Source of the DNA: Tricharina praecox | Lineage: Eukaryota | Direction: 5' to 3' | Assembly: GCF_024521635.1 (NCBI RefSeq) | Contig: NW_026250412.1 | Span: 372,001 to 436,000, forward strand | DNA: 64,000 nucleotides | Shown here: in pieces, positions 63,669 to 64,000 of the stretch | Position numbering within the stretch: position 1 is the stretch's first letter | Layout: each line of letters starts with the position of its first letter | The notes under the pieces: generated by a model | What the model saw: only the letters and a program-made list of their open reading frames with translations | The model's database searches: none | What the model was told of the DNA's origin: nothing | Program-made: the position numbers and the translations under genes

Positions 63669-64000
63669 TAAAGTTGCTGTTCATGCACTCTCTCCGCTCT
63701 ACTCATCTGTACTGGGGCTCTCTTTCTGGGTCTTGTCTGTTTTCGTGGACGTTGGAGCTGGATTTCTTCATTCAATCTTGTTTCGTGTCGGTGTAGTCGT
63801 AGGTCTTCATTTCCCCCCCCCCCTTTTTACTCTTTGCTTGTCTCCGTCTTGCTTGTCCATCCCGTGCTTTTGCTTTGCGTCCTACTCTGTGTTTTGCCGT
63901 TTCTTGCTTTCCATCACCTATAATCCTTATTCACAAAATTCTTCTACCTCCTTCGTTCGAGGGTTCGATCAAAGCTTCGTTCCCACTTCTTTCTTTCTTT

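Overview
Eukaryotic DNA from a filamentous ascomycete (Pezizomycotina; possibly a Pezizomycete, which is an impression only). It has short GT-AG introns with CTRAC branch sites and many microsatellites. I rebuilt 13 protein-coding genes by hand, checking splice sites and reading-frame phase: a MATH-BTB protein, a single-finger C2H2 protein, an intronless conserved hypothetical protein, a GRGGAGN-repeat (DUF3602-like) protein, glycogenin, a secreted GH3 beta-glucosidase, the ADP/ATP carrier, KRI1, a 1075-aa hypothetical protein, SEC24, TOM20, BUB3 and nudF/LIS1. The left 40 kb is gene-sparse, with 6-11 kb intergenic tracts; the right 19 kb is a dense housekeeping block. I saw no tRNA, rRNA, CRISPR array or intact transposon. 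Most notable: (i) a SPOP-like MATH-BTB gene whose MATH domain appears only after removing two frame-compensating introns hidden inside one continuous ORF; (ii) a long, structured, weak-donor intron that splits the C2H2 finger between its two His ligands; (iii) a 3-nt micro-exon in TOM20; (iv) a 3'UTR-like, stop-containing intron that could give a short glycogenin isoform; (v) a GC-AG intron; (vi) two unexplained repeat structures at 19.5 kb and 34.5-35.4 kb. All gene models are manual predictions without RNA or database support.
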